A stretch of 64,000 nt of DNA from Rotaria socialis (Eukaryota): the NCBI GenBank assembly GCA_905331295.1, contig CAJNYD010000571.1:1-64000 (forward strand), given 5' to 3'. Under the pieces are notes generated by a model. It was not told where the DNA came from. It searched no databases and was given only the letters and a program-made list of their open reading frames with translations. Within the stretch, counting starts at the first letter, position 1, and each line of letters begins with the position of its first letter. Positions 26,362-40,727 of the stretch are shown in pieces. Position numbers and translations under genes: made by a program.

Positions 26362-26375
26362 ATCGTCAAGACAAC
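26362..26375 (+). promoter_or_regulatory. Candidate X-box (RFX-binding site) upstream of Inturned
   Basis: ATCGTCAAGACAAC matches the RTHNYYWTRRNRAC consensus at 13 of 14 positions, about 77 bp before the predicted ATG. Confidence 0.45.
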
Positions 26376-26451
26376 GATAAAATTGATGGTCAGAAAAAGC
26401 GATGACTGATTCATTGAACACTTGCATGTCTGTGCAGCAAAAGTGTCAGTA

Positions 26452-29400
26452 ATGTCTGAACCAAGGTTGCTTTCACGATCAGGTGTATTTAATCGACTTG
26501 GAAGTCTTCTATCAGATCTTTCCAGTGTAAATTCATCTGATGTACAAAATCCATTCATCACTGATCCAACGACAATTACAAACAATGACACAATTCAGTT
26601 TAGCACTTCATTTGCACATCTAACCTATCGACAAGATTTATCGAGTGTTGAACATATACATTTTCGATGTCGTCCAGTATCGTCATTTGATTCAGCTACT
26701 CATACAAGTGTATGTGAAGCTGTACTGGGTATTTTTCCTGATACATGTTCTTCGACAGCATCATCATCAGTGCAACCACCTGTTCTTGTACGTGGTGTTG
26801 TTGAACAACGTCATCGTCGTATTAAAGTTGGCGATTGGCTACTAGCAATTAATGGTACACCTTTAAATTGGATAAATTTGAATGATGTACTATCAAAATA
26901 TCATTCTACTCGTAAACTTCGTCTTACCATACGTCATCCCGATACGTATCATTCAACATTTTCCTCATCTTTGCAACCACCAATAACGTTACCATCGATA
27001 GAGGAAAAGAAACTTTTTCAACCAGAACAAATTAATTGTATACATTCAGTACTTTATTATGAAAAAATACCAAATCAAGGTTTTAAATTATTATATCAAC
27101 AACCAAAACAAAAAGATATTTTTTTTGCTGCTGGCGGTGTTTTTCCAACATTAACACAGCTCATGCACGATATGAATGAACATGATAGTTTACTTCGAAG
27201 GTACGAAAAAAATTTGCTTTTTTTGAAACTAAGAAACAATAATGATATCTATTAAATCGAAGCTGTGAATCAGAATGAGATGATAAATCTCATGTAATCA
27301 TTAGTTGACAGTATAATAAAAATCGATTAGCATAAAGAAGAAATATTTTTTATAGTAAACTACGATTTGATAGTATTGCCGTCTAGACCTTTTTTGTATC
27401 CTACTTGAAGTCCATAGATCTAATAAATATTAGTGCAATCACATAAACGGCGGTATTCTTTCAAGGGAAGAATTCACATCCCACAGTATTTATCCTTCAT
27501 AGAATGGAAACTAGAGCTTATTCTTATACGATACACGCCGTAGTTTTATCAAGGACTCAAAAAGTTTGATAAGTCAATTAGCTTGTTTATGCAGACTCTG
27601 ACAATATGTCTGTAACATACATTTGGTTTCATGCTGCATTTAAATGAAAACATTTCTGCTGTTTTCAAGTTCCCATATAAGGTTTATATACATCCAGGTG
27701 GTAGTCCGCTAATGCTGTCAAGAACGTTACACTGTATACTATGATTTGATATAATTTTGGGTCGTAAATTAATATGTTCTAGGCCGATGATTGATAATGT
27801 ATTGAGCCTATCGAATGATAATTTTACATTCGTTCCGAAACTTCCATAAGTTATAACATGAATATTAGTCAAAGAATAAATCTTCGTTTCTTTTCTATGT
27901 CTAGCGTATCAATCAAAATAACTGAACAAATCATTCCTATTTGCGTAACAAGTGATGATAATATCCATTATTTAATCATTATATATCCATCTATTGAAAA
28001 TTTACATATATCTTTACTTGAACAACATACTCGACAGTTGGTTCGTTTAATGAATTTTCTATTTGGTTCCGTTGATCGTGGATTATTGTTTTTTCAAGAA
28101 TCGATTGAATATTTCTTTGATGTATTTTTCTATCGTCTCAATTCTTTAATACCAACATCCGTAGTTTCTACGCCGTTATTAAAAAATATTCGTCTTATTG
28201 ATGAATTTTTACCTGCACAATTTAATGATTATGGTACATGTCCAAAATTGAATTTAAACGATCAACAATTATTATTCAATATCGATTGTTTATTAACTCA
28301 ATTGGAATGTCAAAATTTTAATGAATGTTCAAATGAAAGTGATTTTATTATAAATCGTTATCGGCGAATTTTTATTTTGACTGGCTCAGTTTTATTTCAT
28401 CGTGTTCAACTTCTCACAAGCCATCTATCCAATGAAACAACTATTGATATTTATCGTTTTCTTCTTCATTATGGACATTTAAATATGTCACAATTTTATT
28501 CCGACACATGGCATTTGCTATTATTTAAAGAAATCTTTCCGTCAGGTTTCAATCTTAAACAACGTTGGTTTTTAATTGTTGGTAGTCACAGTGAATTAAC
28601 ATTAGCTGCTGTCATTCAAACTGAATATGAAAATAATGATTTTGTGTGAGATAAAAAAATGAATATTCGATTTTTTCCTTATTCTAAATATTGCTAATTT
28701 AGTGTTCCGCCTGATCATGAGTTAGTTCAACAGATAAAATTAACTTTAAATGATATCCATACAATATTTCCAAAAATGATCACAAATTCAGCACCATGGA
28801 TTCTGTCGTCACCACTCGCATTTCTTAAAAAGCCATTGAAACGAACTATTTCATTGCCGTTAATAGGAGGTATGTTCTCGTATATAAATCAAGAGCGACA
28901 AGTCAAGAATACTGGATTTTTTCGTAACAGTTTTAACTAAATCAAATGATTCAAAAGAATTGACGATTGACAGAAATTCTAAGATGAAAAAATTACCCTT
29001 TCGAAATTTAACAAAAAAACTGCGTCCCAAATGAACTTCAATCTATATTGCGAAGATTTTTGCTTTAAACAAAGAAAACTCAACTTTAACATGACTACCT
29101 ACTCACACTGAAAAAAAAACTCTATTCTAGAGCTCCACTCTAATGATCATTAAACAGGACGAAAAGCTATATAATATTGAATTAAAAACTCTTAACTGTA
29201 GACAAAGAACGAATGTATAATGAATTCAACGGTAATTATAATAACAAACATCTCGTTTTGCCAAATCTGACGCTTCATCATCATGTGTGTTTGTTTGTTT
29301 TTTAAACCATCATGAAATTTTTCAATCGCATATAAATAATTCTTTTTTCTAAAACTAGGATTCGGTCAATCAAGTAAGCCGAATACATTTGACTCGCATG

Positions 29401-30032
29401 CTGACGATACAATATCATTGGCAGCATCTCATTATCATGATGCATCACAAACTGATTTGCGAGTATCTCAATTAGTAAGTCAACCTGAATCTCAAGATGA
29501 ATTGTATAAGAGCAGCCGTCAATCAATAATGTCTTCAACATTGTCACTTGATGAACAACAGAAAACAAAAACTCTTCAGGCAAATTTATTGACATATCGA
29601 TTACATCCCGGGAATTTTTCAACAATATTTTATTATCTTGATTTTCAAGCAATACGTGGTTTACTCATTGCACCTTATTTTACACTCGATAAATTAACAA
29701 AAACAACATTAATCGAACGTTTTCTATTTGAAACAATTCAACAAACATGTATTTATATTCGAAAAAAACATTTTTCTAGGCCAAAACAATTAAAATCAAC
29801 AAATATATTCAGTACAAAAAATCGTCCGAAATATAATGAAATTGGCTGTCAATTTTCTATGCAAACCGATCCAGATAATAAAAAGAAAAAAGATGCTAAT
29901 TTATTTCATTTTTGGATTGTAGCAAAACAATGTTTACAACCAATTGAACACGAATTTTTTGTTTGCTATCATGATTCAATTGCTCAAAATATAACAGAAT
30001 TGGCATTTACGATTGGAATGTCATCGATATAA
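26452..30032 (+). CDS. INTU: Inturned planar cell polarity effector (PDZ plus longin-like domains), about 776 aa
   Basis: Exons 26452-27200, 27905-28645, 28703-28869, 29359-30032 join in frame; PDZ-like RIKVGDWLLAING; GGVFPTL; C-terminal FWIVAK...EFFVCYHDSIAQNITELAF. Confidence 0.85.
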
Positions 30033-33000
30033 ACGTGAACTTTTATAGTTAAACTACGATCTAATTGTTATTTCGTCTTTTTTTTTCATCTGTAGGAATT
30101 TTAATAAAAAAAAAGACTTTAGATATTGATAGATAAATAAATAAATGGGAAATTTTGTTCAAATAAGTTCGATAAATTAAAAATGAGAATATGTCTAACA
30201 CCAATAGGTTGCTGATGGTCTCGATTTAAGTGTAGTTTTGGGTATAAAAGTTCTATCGGAAAAGTGAAGGATCTCTATGTGCTTGATTTAAACGAAAAAA
30301 TGTACTTCGTTATTGGAGAATTGGATTATAAAACAACTGAATTAAATGCACTTGAGCTACTGATCGATCTCAAAAATGTATAAACAACATAGTTGAAGAG
30401 TTTGTCAAATATTTGTTCGTTTCTCGGACTTTTCTTTCAATGCAACTTACTTCGCAGGATGTCAAACCATCTCTATATTTAGCTAATACTAAGTAAAAAC
30501 TGGACTTTTTCTTATCAGTATTTTTCTTCTATTACTTGATTTTTCTACACATCAACACAGTTCTATTCATAAACATATCATCGAAAGAAAAAAACAAAAA
30601 GATTATTAAAAACTTATCATATTACTTTCGAAGTAATCTGAAAATAGTTTGGATCTTATTCAATTTGCTTTTCGTTACAAATTATCATCTCATTTGTTTC
30701 CCTACACATAAACGATTCGATTTATGTATTAAGAAAAAAGTGAAAAACAAACTCGATTGCCTCAATGTTTACTATAGAACGTATCTAATTGCAGCAAGAC
30801 TCGTAGAAAAAAGTCTTCTCTAGTTACAGTTTTACTGTATGCTATGATAATCTCGTGGTAGTAAATGTCTACTCGTTCACGATGATGTATATTTCTAAGA
30901 CGACATGACAAAATGGATTCGATTCTTCTGACTTACCAAGAGACAAAAAGTTACTCAGCGAGCTTCTATTTGAGTTATTGAAAAATTTTCGAAGTAACTT
31001 TTTTAACTATCTCAAGAGATTGATGCAGAGTTTCAATCTAGGTTTTTCATGATATTCATATACAAAAAAAAAAAAAAAAACAGTCAAACAGCAGCAAAAT
31101 CTTAAGATGACAGTTACAAGTAAGCTGTAAACAGTGACAATCTGCCATAGAGTAGTAACATCTGTGAAAAGTAGAACTCGAATTTGTATAACCTTCCTAG
31201 AATAGCTCTGTTCTTCCATTTGAATTGCTACTCTGATCGACTGCAAATCGTAATGAATGAATTTCTTTGTAGATGATCTCTGTTACAGATTTTTATCTAA
31301 TAATATTTAATTCGTGTAAGACGATAACCATCTTTTGATAAAAATTACACCGACATGATTTGTTACGTTTTTTTTTAAGGGCGAGATAAATGTTTTGTTC
31401 CTTTAAAGAAAATTCTACAAACATTCGACTATTGACTATCGTATTTGAGCATCTATTATTCGAATACTATCACATCATTGAAAAGTTTTCTTCTAGAAAA
31501 GTTTTTGTTTTTTCATAACAATGCAAAAACCATATGGACCAATAGTTTCTCTAACAGTAATGGTAAATACATGAATGAATTCCTGTAGATGTTTAACATT
31601 GTTGATATTGCAATCAGAATAGATAGGCCACGATAAGAGATATTTCTAGAAGCAATTGTTATGATACTTGTTTATTTTTTGCGGTAGAAAACTGATACTA
31701 AAGACGCGTTTTGTATCGAACTCAATAACCGAAGTGTTTCATTTGTGTCCAATAGAGAATGAATCAGCCCAAGATTTCTTTATATGCTAATAAAATAACT
31801 TGTCATTTATTGAGATAGATTTTCAGCAACTATTTCGCATAAGATAATATATATGACTGATTCATCAGTTGATATATTCTTTATATATTTAACTGTTAGA
31901 ACGCTTCTATTAACGCTGTTATTATTCATTTCGAGTACTAAATTCTGCCTTTTTCCTCATTGTTTTCTTACTGTGCTTTCTATTAAGACGATATATCGCA
32001 TTTCATTCTATTCATAATATCGATGCGAACAGAAACGATTATCAAATTCCATCAACGACTATCTACATCATACATAATACATATGCGCAGTGAGAAATTT
32101 CACGAGGGTCGTCATCGTCCAAACCCGATTTGTCAGTATTGAATATAGCGAGAAAATTTGTACGCTTTAGCAAGACTTCTTCTTCGTTTTGCTTATTTGG
32201 CGTTGTTTTTATTGATTAGTATTCAAACTGTTTTTTTTTGTCTTTTATAGCAAACACATCCACACACGCAATTAAGCTGCTGTTATTATTGTTGATATTC
32301 CCAATAGCAGCGATAACGACAAATCTCAAAGGAATGACAGTTACCTAGGATATATATCTTTAATAGTTTTTCTACTGTTTTCATGTATCATCGCGCATTA
32401 CAGAGAACGAATAAACAAGAGAAGAAAAAGAAAAAACAACAAAATACATTTACGTATGTCTCTTTCTTTTTCTTCTTCTTCTTCGTTTCTTGTTTTTTTA
32501 TATCTTGTACACAATTGATAGACGAATCTTTTGTCTATATACATAGATATATATATTTATGTATTTAAAGAATATCTCTCGTGATACAGAGGACCTTGAG
32601 TCACTGTATCGTTTGTCTATGATATCAAAGGATAACACTGTAAACGTCTTTCTAGTTATTTTTTCTTTTTGTAGAAGTCTTTGTTTTTCCAGTGTTGATG
32701 AGTAAATATATTACTTCTACTTTCTCTGTTATATACAGGCACACAAACTGTCAATCTACGCTTAGCACGATTATAATAATCATCACACACCCCAATGGTA
32801 ACAGTCGTAGAAATATATAGTAGTTGTGATAGTGTTGGCCATAGGAAATAAGCAAAACTCAACAGAGTAACAGATCTAGTTTGTATGTAAATAAACAAAG
32901 CGCGCATATAGGTCACAACTAGAAGAGTATTTGAACTATTGTTATATAGGAACATGATGGTATAAACAAATGCAAAGAAAAAAAGAAGGAAAAGGAAAGC

Positions 33001-33185
33001 CCCGAAAAGACAAGTATTACTATTAGGCGTGTAATTTAATACAAAACACATGATTGAAACAATAAAAAATATAAAGGAACTTTGTCTAAAGAGATGAATT
33101 TGTTTTTTTAAACTTCGGAAAATTGTTGTTTCGTTTTGTTTTTTTAATATTGATCGTGGATATATTTTACTTTATTTTATTTTAG

Positions 33186-34506
33186 ATGTCCCGTTCTACA
33201 TTCCTGACGAAATCGTCGTCGACTGAGGCCAATGAGACGCAAAATTATCCTACAACAACAAACGCAAATATAGATCGTACAAGTACTCTTCGTTTTCATC
33301 ATCGTTTAATGCCGACTATTTCAACCAGTGGTCGATCGAACGAAACAGTACCGGTTGTTGTAGTTCAATCATCCTCATCATTGACACCGACGACCAATAC
33401 AGATACAACAAAGACAAATTTTATTCAACATAAATCTGTTGTACGTCTTAATCCAAAATTGAAAAGAAATATAAGATGTACACGTCGATCAACAGGCATT
33501 CGGCCAGATGAAGTTGCATTAGCAGAAGCAACTAATGACGTAAGTTGTAGATTTCCAATGGATGACATTTTTCTTTGTTTTTCTCAAATCATACTTATTT
33601 TCTAGCCGAATTTTAATGATGACGACGAAGAGGAAGACAAGCCAGTTACGTGCAATAAATTCATCGCCCTCACTAGTAGCGATCCCAGTGAATTTTTCGA
33701 TTCTAATCGAAAAGTATGAGATGAAAGTTATCAATTATTTTCTTTTCAAAATTGTCTTTTATTTTAGAGTCCTCCAAAACCGGTGTTTAAAGTCAGTCGA
33801 GTGCCGTAAGTAGACATAGTCTAAATTAAAAACAAAAAAACAAGATGAAGCTTATTATGTTTATCATCTAATAGGCCAACATTCGATGACAATACTCGTC
33901 CTTTGCTTGAAAAATTATCAATTTCGCGTACAGGTAAAAAGAAACTGTTTTTTTATTCAAATTTCCGGAAAAAAAATAAAACCTATTCTTTACTAGATCC
34001 TTTTATGATTGCATCATCATCATCGCCATCATCGCCACCATCAAATTCACATCCTAGTCCGCCGACAAAAATATTTCGAACTGAAGAATTTATTCTTCGT
34101 CGGGTATTAAAAAATATTGATTACAATTAGTTGTATTTTGATTCTTGTCTATTAGCAATCCTCCGAAGATGATCCTGGAAGTATAAAACGACGGCAAATT
34201 GAAGAACGCGTTTGTAAACTTGAATCTGTTATTCGTGATAAAGATTCAATTATTCATGATTTACAGCGCCAACTTGATAAAGCTACAAGAGTAAATTTTC
34301 CACCACGCAAATTTCTATTCTTCTCATCTAACAATAATTTATTTACTAAATAGGATTTAAAGGACGCCGAACAACAAATCTATATATTACAAAGAGATAA
34401 ATTAGCAATGATAAAAACATTAGCTACATTACAAGATACGAAATCGCCGCAAGGAGGAGATCTTTCAGCATCATCGAAACGAACTGGCTTTCTAACAAGA
34501 AATTAA
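33186..34506 (+). CDS. Seven-exon protein with an RRSTG motif and a C-terminal coiled coil/leucine zipper (MYPT/PPP1R12 C-terminus-like), about 317 aa
   Basis: Exons 33186-33539, 33606-33713, 33768-33805, 33875-33933, 33997-34103, 34156-34290, 34354-34506 join in frame; RCTRRSTGIRPDEVALAEA; DLKDAEQQIYILQRDKLAMIKTLATL. Gene structure is firm, family assignment is tentative. Confidence 0.7.
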
Positions 34507-34701
34507 AACAATTTTTTGTCTAGTTTTTTTTTCCTGTACAATTATATGAATATATATATAATTATTTGAATTCGTTAGAAAATGAATGTCATTCTAAGTG
34601 GCAGAAGTTATGCAGAATATGTAAACATTCTCTGTCATTCGAAGGAAAGGAAAAATAACCGAAGATATTAACACTCGTTCGATGATCAGTTATCGTTGAG
34701 A

Positions 34702-37700
34702 ATGTCGCTTAAGAATGTTATTATCCTTCTTGTTTTTGTACCTTTTCGTAAGTGTAAAAAGAAAAAAAAATAATCGAGAGTGTGCCTTTTTTTCGATTCT
34801 ATTTAAAATAATTGTCTTGTTTCTATTTAATAAATAAAAATGAATGAATAGGTATTTTTTCAAGTGATAATCTTTGTCGATTGATTGAATTGAATTTACC
34901 AGAAGGTTTACTGCCATTTCCTACAAATGATATAGAAGAAAAATTATTTTATAAAACTGATTATATTTGTCAGAATAAACCGATTTTTCGTTCGATCAAA
35001 TATGAAAATTTATATCAATTTCAATCACCAAATAATCGTTGGTGGACATTATATGATACAACAAATTCAACATATAAATTAGGCACGTATGAATGGTGCA
35101 ATGCTTGGGACGCTAAACCAATACTCGCTATGCCACTTGGGATGTTTCAACATCCACTTGCAAAACAAGCCAAATTACAACGATGGAAACGTATAATTAT
35201 TCACGAGAATAATAACAGCTACGCATATAAATCCATACCAAGTGAGTGACAACATATTTGAGGTCGAATTTCATTTTGAGACCTGTGATTGCTAGTGAAA
35301 TATTGACTTGTAAAATGCATGAGTTCATTTCTTATCAGCACTTCATAAATCTTAATTTCGATATGCTAAATCGTCATTATGATGATAATTTTATTTGACA
35401 AAACAATAGAGTTTTGTAGGCAATGATAAAAATCTCCGTTGAGTCATGTACTATTATGACTGTACTAAGTGACGTCATTGTAACTCGGTTTTTTGAGAAA
35501 AAAGTAGCCATTTTATAACGTACTCGTGAGTTTTCAATGAAAGACGTATGTATATTCCAGAGAATTTAGGAAAACTTCGATACGATGCCATTGCTATATT
35601 CTGCATAAACTCGTAAGAGGAATAAGTGCATACAGAATTCTACTGGAGTATGTACATTTCCTAGTTGACAGTTCTCGAACAGCTGCTTCTCATTAAGATG
35701 AATGGTTGTACATTATTCGACTCACGAAAGACACTCATTTGTTCCTTAGTAGAAAAAATGTAGAGAAAAGAACAATCGATCTCAGATACAACTAAGCCGC
35801 CAAAAGAAATCCACTGAACCATTTAATGAATTGCTGTGCTGTTTGTTTTTGCTAGTTCCAATAGCACATGAGCTTCCACATGTGAAATAAGATACTATGT
35901 AATGTGTTGGACGATTGTCAATTTTACTTAATCCTATAGAAGAAAATAATCGAAATAAAATAAAATAATACTTGAATAATCAGTTTCGACGTGAATAAAA
36001 TAGTTTGTTCCAGTTTCAGTCTTGCACAAAGAAAACTCGTGATATCCGAGAGAAATTTTTCACGCCTTTTTTTGTGAATCCCGAGATTGTACAACGAATT
36101 ATCCTATCAATTCTATTATTATTTCCATATCAGATAAATCGATATTCTTCAACAACGCAATATTTTTATCTATCATACTCGTCAAAAGTCTTGCTAGAAA
36201 GTTAAGAGTAACTAGCTGTAGATCCGTGCCTATCATATTTAGGCAATGTCTAGAGTCTGGGTAATTCTGATCGATTTCCATACAAAGAAGTTTGAAGGTC
36301 AATGCATATTTATTTTGCATTTAGAACAGAATATTTTATAATTAGCAACACATTTTACACCTCGTGATCTGCTATTCTGATGCTCAGGATTGCCTACATC
36401 GGAAATAGAAATGTCACATCAAGCTAGTCTAGTTCGCTTGATAGATGAAATTCTTTTTGGATACTTCAAGAATGAAAATTCATTAAAAGCTAATTTGTAA
36501 GTTTAACTACTCTCAACCACTTGCCTTTAAATTTTTTCTAATCAAATAAAACCTTCTAAAATTCATTAGTATGCCACTCGCTAGCGCGAAAATTGCATCA
36601 GACACTGAAAAATGCTTAATGCTTCAAAAAAGACATACGTTATGAAATTTGATTTACTAATAAATGAATGATTATTAACGCTTTCATACAAAGAAAAATC
36701 GCACCTTTCAGGTACCTCGAAAAGGTTTACCCGTCTTTTCTAAGCCTAATCCATTCAGGTTAATTGATTTTGAGTTGAAACTTGACGAAATTAATTGAAA
36801 TTCTTCTAGTGCTTGCAGTTTGAGGACCACAAAAGCTCGATATTTTCCGGTAGTACTACATTCTTAAAAGAAGAAGTAAATAATATCAGAGAGTTCATAT
36901 CCAAAAGTAGCTACTATCATCTGTTGCCTCAATAAATCTAAGAGCGACACCAAAACAAAAACATCTTTTCAGTTGAAGTTTAGCGAAGTCATGAGGGGAG
37001 AGATAAACATGAACTTCGTCCTTGACCTGCATCTTTCCGTGCGACTAAAGTCGATCGAAATAAATAGATAATAAGATCTAAATTTTCTCTACGATTTCTA
37101 TAGACACTTATCTAAAATGTTACTATCACCCATCGACATCGGCTTGCCAAACTAATCAATTAACTTTTCTATTCGATCTAACTGAAACAACAAACACAGA
37201 GGAATTTAATCAGATGAAATTATTAACAAAAACTTTACTATGGTTATTATTTAATCAAACAAATATTTCACTGAGTTATTATAGTGATACATTTCATCTG
37301 ATCAATTCATTTGATGAGAAAACATCAACAAAAAGTTTCGAACATTTATATGATGCAATCGATGCACTAGATAAGCAACTTGAAAGTTCGAAACAAATTT
37401 CTGTTCCTTGGACTGAAACGATTCATAATATTGTAACAAGAATTTTCAAACGTCGACTTCTAATACCAGTCAAGCTGATCGATGAAACCGATGGATTTAC
37501 ATCGTTGGCCAATGATACAAGTGACGAGGAAATATACACGGAACCATATCCGTTGTATTACAATGATGAAAAGGCAATTAAAACTGTTCTTAATATAACA
37601 GACGAGATATTTAGAAGAAAACGTTCCCTTAAAAAAGTCTACGATAAATCAAATCATGTTCTTGTTATTTTAACATCTCGTTCGAAATACCTTTATGATT

Positions 37701-40424
37701 ATAGACAGCAAGATAAACAATTAGGAGAATTTATTGCAGCCGTACCATTAAGAATCGTTGTTATTGATTTTAATAAAATATCAAATGAAAAATTCTCTGA
37801 AAATATTCATTCAGCATTTATTCATTATGCTCAAAACGTTCTCGCATCGTCTCCGGCAGCTTACAATTACATTGAAACATACGAAGAATTTGGTGATGCC
37901 ATACACGGTAATCAATTATTTAGTCATTATCATCGATTATGTCATCCGCCTGAACAGACTTTATTTAAAGATAATTTTACTACAAATCTAATTGAAACCA
38001 ACGACAGATCACCAACGGATTGTTCACTTTTAACGTTATTTAATAATGACAAGAAAAATTCAACATTGAAAGAAAAATTCGATTATACATTTTATGAAAC
38101 CACAGATCAATGTTTTTCTTCGCCTGTTTATCGATCATTAGGCGATAGAAATCTATATGTGCAACGAACAGCACAAGGCCGTTGGTTGATTATTCGCGTT
38201 GATCCACTTTTACCTTCAATAATGAGTATTCAACAAAAGTTTGCATCAACCACAACAAGTACTCTCTCGCGTAAGTTTACATTTTTGTTAGTCTATGCAT
38301 TGATACGAATAATAGGCGAGGATTAGAATGGCAGCTTGTTGGGTTCTTTTTCTTCTGTTATAAACAAAGCGTAATGACCGTCGACTAGTTAGCTAAGTTG
38401 ACACCAGAAAAACACAAGTCACAATTAGTAAATAGTAAATTGACAGAAAACCACACATGTTTTTTCGATATTATCAAGATATAGCCTAGAACTTGTTAAA
38501 ATAAAATCAGTTAGATACATACAGATTTTCATGAAACTCTATTAAAATTAATTCAATGTGGAAAAGTATTCCTACTTTTCGTGTAACTCTGTGTGTGTAA
38601 TTCGATTGAATGCTAGCAATAAGTGAATCTTTCTGGATCGTTTACTTTTAAAATCGTTAGGTTACTGCTATAGAAAGAAAAGTTTAGTATTGATTCTCAT
38701 TCTTTTTTTGTTTGCGAAGAAATGAAAGCACTAAACGAATCGTAGTTTTTATTGCTAAAGTGAGAAAATTCTAAATGAATATTGAATTGTGTATTCGTAT
38801 TAATCGATTAGTTGCATTACAAATAATAGAGTGTTTCTAATTCAATCTGAAACATTACTACATTCGGTTTAGATTTCAGATTTAACGATATGAAAATCAT
38901 TGATGCGTTGAAATTTCTTCACAATTCATAGATCAATATTTATAGTTATTTCCTCATGAATAACCCAGACATGCGTGTGTATTTCATAAATAAAAAATTT
39001 TCCATAAACTGGGCATGCTGCTAGCGCAATTCATAACGACAGGATACAAGTGGGAAACTTATTAGAGCTACTCTCGTTAACAACAAGGAGCCTGCTTTAA
39101 ACTTTCTATTTTGGGTTATATTTTCTAATTATCCTTGTGCTACCACACTTTGGGATACAATAGGAAAGTAGTTCATAAATTCTAATGAGATGTTACTCAT
39201 ATAGCACCTAGGGGCGTCACCAGAAAAAAATTGTATGGGGACTAAATCGTTGGTCGAAGCTATCGTGGGGGAAGGGTAAACTTATTTTTTCACAGGATTT
39301 TATTTTTTCTAGGGGGGGAGACTGAGCCGTCCCCCTTCCCCTGGTTACGCCCCTAGTAGCACCTATGGTTGTGTAATAAGATTAATACGTTTAGAAAGTT
39401 TCTTGTTTTAACTTTTCCCACAAGTAAATCAGAGAAAATATTTGTTTATCGGAAACGATTTCCTATTCGACATTATACTTCCAAAACGCCCTATTTACAA
39501 ATTTTCCTGGAAGCTAAGAGCTAGTTTTGTGGACATTTTTCTCTAAAACAATGATTTTATTTTTCATTTCTAGCTGAATTCTTCTACGCGACTGATTATG
39601 CAAATGGTCCCATGATCGATGATAGTAACTATGAAATAACTGCATCCCCTGACTTGCCTACCAGTGTTCCGCATTGCTCTAACAATCCTGGTTTAGATAC
39701 CCGATGGGAAAGTGTCGATACTGATTATTCATTACCTACACCACGTCGATGGATATCAAATAATAATCAATCTGATTTAATCACGCCCATCTGTAACAAA
39801 TATAAAATATCTTGTCAATCTACCAAATTTGATTTAGTTATACTTATCGATGCTCAACATGAATATTTATCTTTAATACAAACATTTCTCAATACTTTTC
39901 TTTCGTTAATTGAACCGTACAATCATCGTTTAAGTCTTATTATACTTTCATCAGCAACCATAGATCCATTTCAATATCATCTACCTCTAACATCCATAAA
40001 TACAATCAATAATAAAATGATTGAAACATATTTATCTTATTTAGATGATAAAAATACTTCAACAATACCAATCAATCAACATCTTGAGCGTGCAAGTGAT
40101 TATTTAAAAAGCAGTCAAGAATTTGGATCCAATGTTCCAACACAACAAATCGTGTTAACCATACCGTCTCGTTTTAATTTCAATCTAACCGACGTCAAAG
40201 AAATAATACAACGCTATTCAACTATACGATACATGGCACTTGATCCATATTTAAAAACTGATAAAAATGAAAATAATAATCGCCGAAAACGAGAAAATTT
40301 TCTTTCTTCATTAGCATCATCACCTTCGTATACAAATCTATTTTGTGCCTATTCTGCTTATAGAGACTTAACATTTCATACTATATTTCGTTTATTAGAA
40401 AGTTTATGTGGATCTCTTCAATGA
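34702..40424 (+). CDS. Putative secreted protein with two divergent VWA-like domains, about 817 aa
   Basis: Exons 34702-34747 (signal-like MSLKNVIILLVFVPF), 34852-35241, 37104-38270, 39574-40424 join in frame; CQTNQLTFLFDLT..EEFNQMK..HVLVILTS..LC and CQSTKFDLVILIDA..QIVLTI..LC. Confidence 0.75.
39209..39355. mobile_element. hAT-type MITE, 147 bp, intronic
   Basis: TIRs TAGGGGCGTCACCAG...CTGGTTACGCCCCTA; 8-bp TSD ATAGCACC/GTAGCACC. Confidence 0.88.
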
Positions 40425-40727
40425 ACAAAGGAGTAACTACATATTTAACCTCGAACATAATGTGGTATGCCATCAACGACAAGAACGATTTTTGTTTTTG
40501 GAAGTTGCCTATTCTCGAAATTTTTCATTTTCAAAACTAAAATAAAAGAAAAATAAATAATAATTAAACATAAACAACTTGTTGTTTTTTATTTACGCAC
40601 ATTCAACTTTAATTACCGTGAAATACCATGTTTGATTGTCAAACGCAAGTTGATACTGCAAGGAACAGAAAAGATTATGGCATTTAAAGATAAATGTCAA
40701 GCAAACAAAATCATTCCATATCGAACC

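Noticed and set aside
14008..30032. RFX and Inturned as a functional ciliary gene cluster
   Set aside because: The RFX copy is disrupted and unrelated genes lie between them; proximity alone is not evidence.
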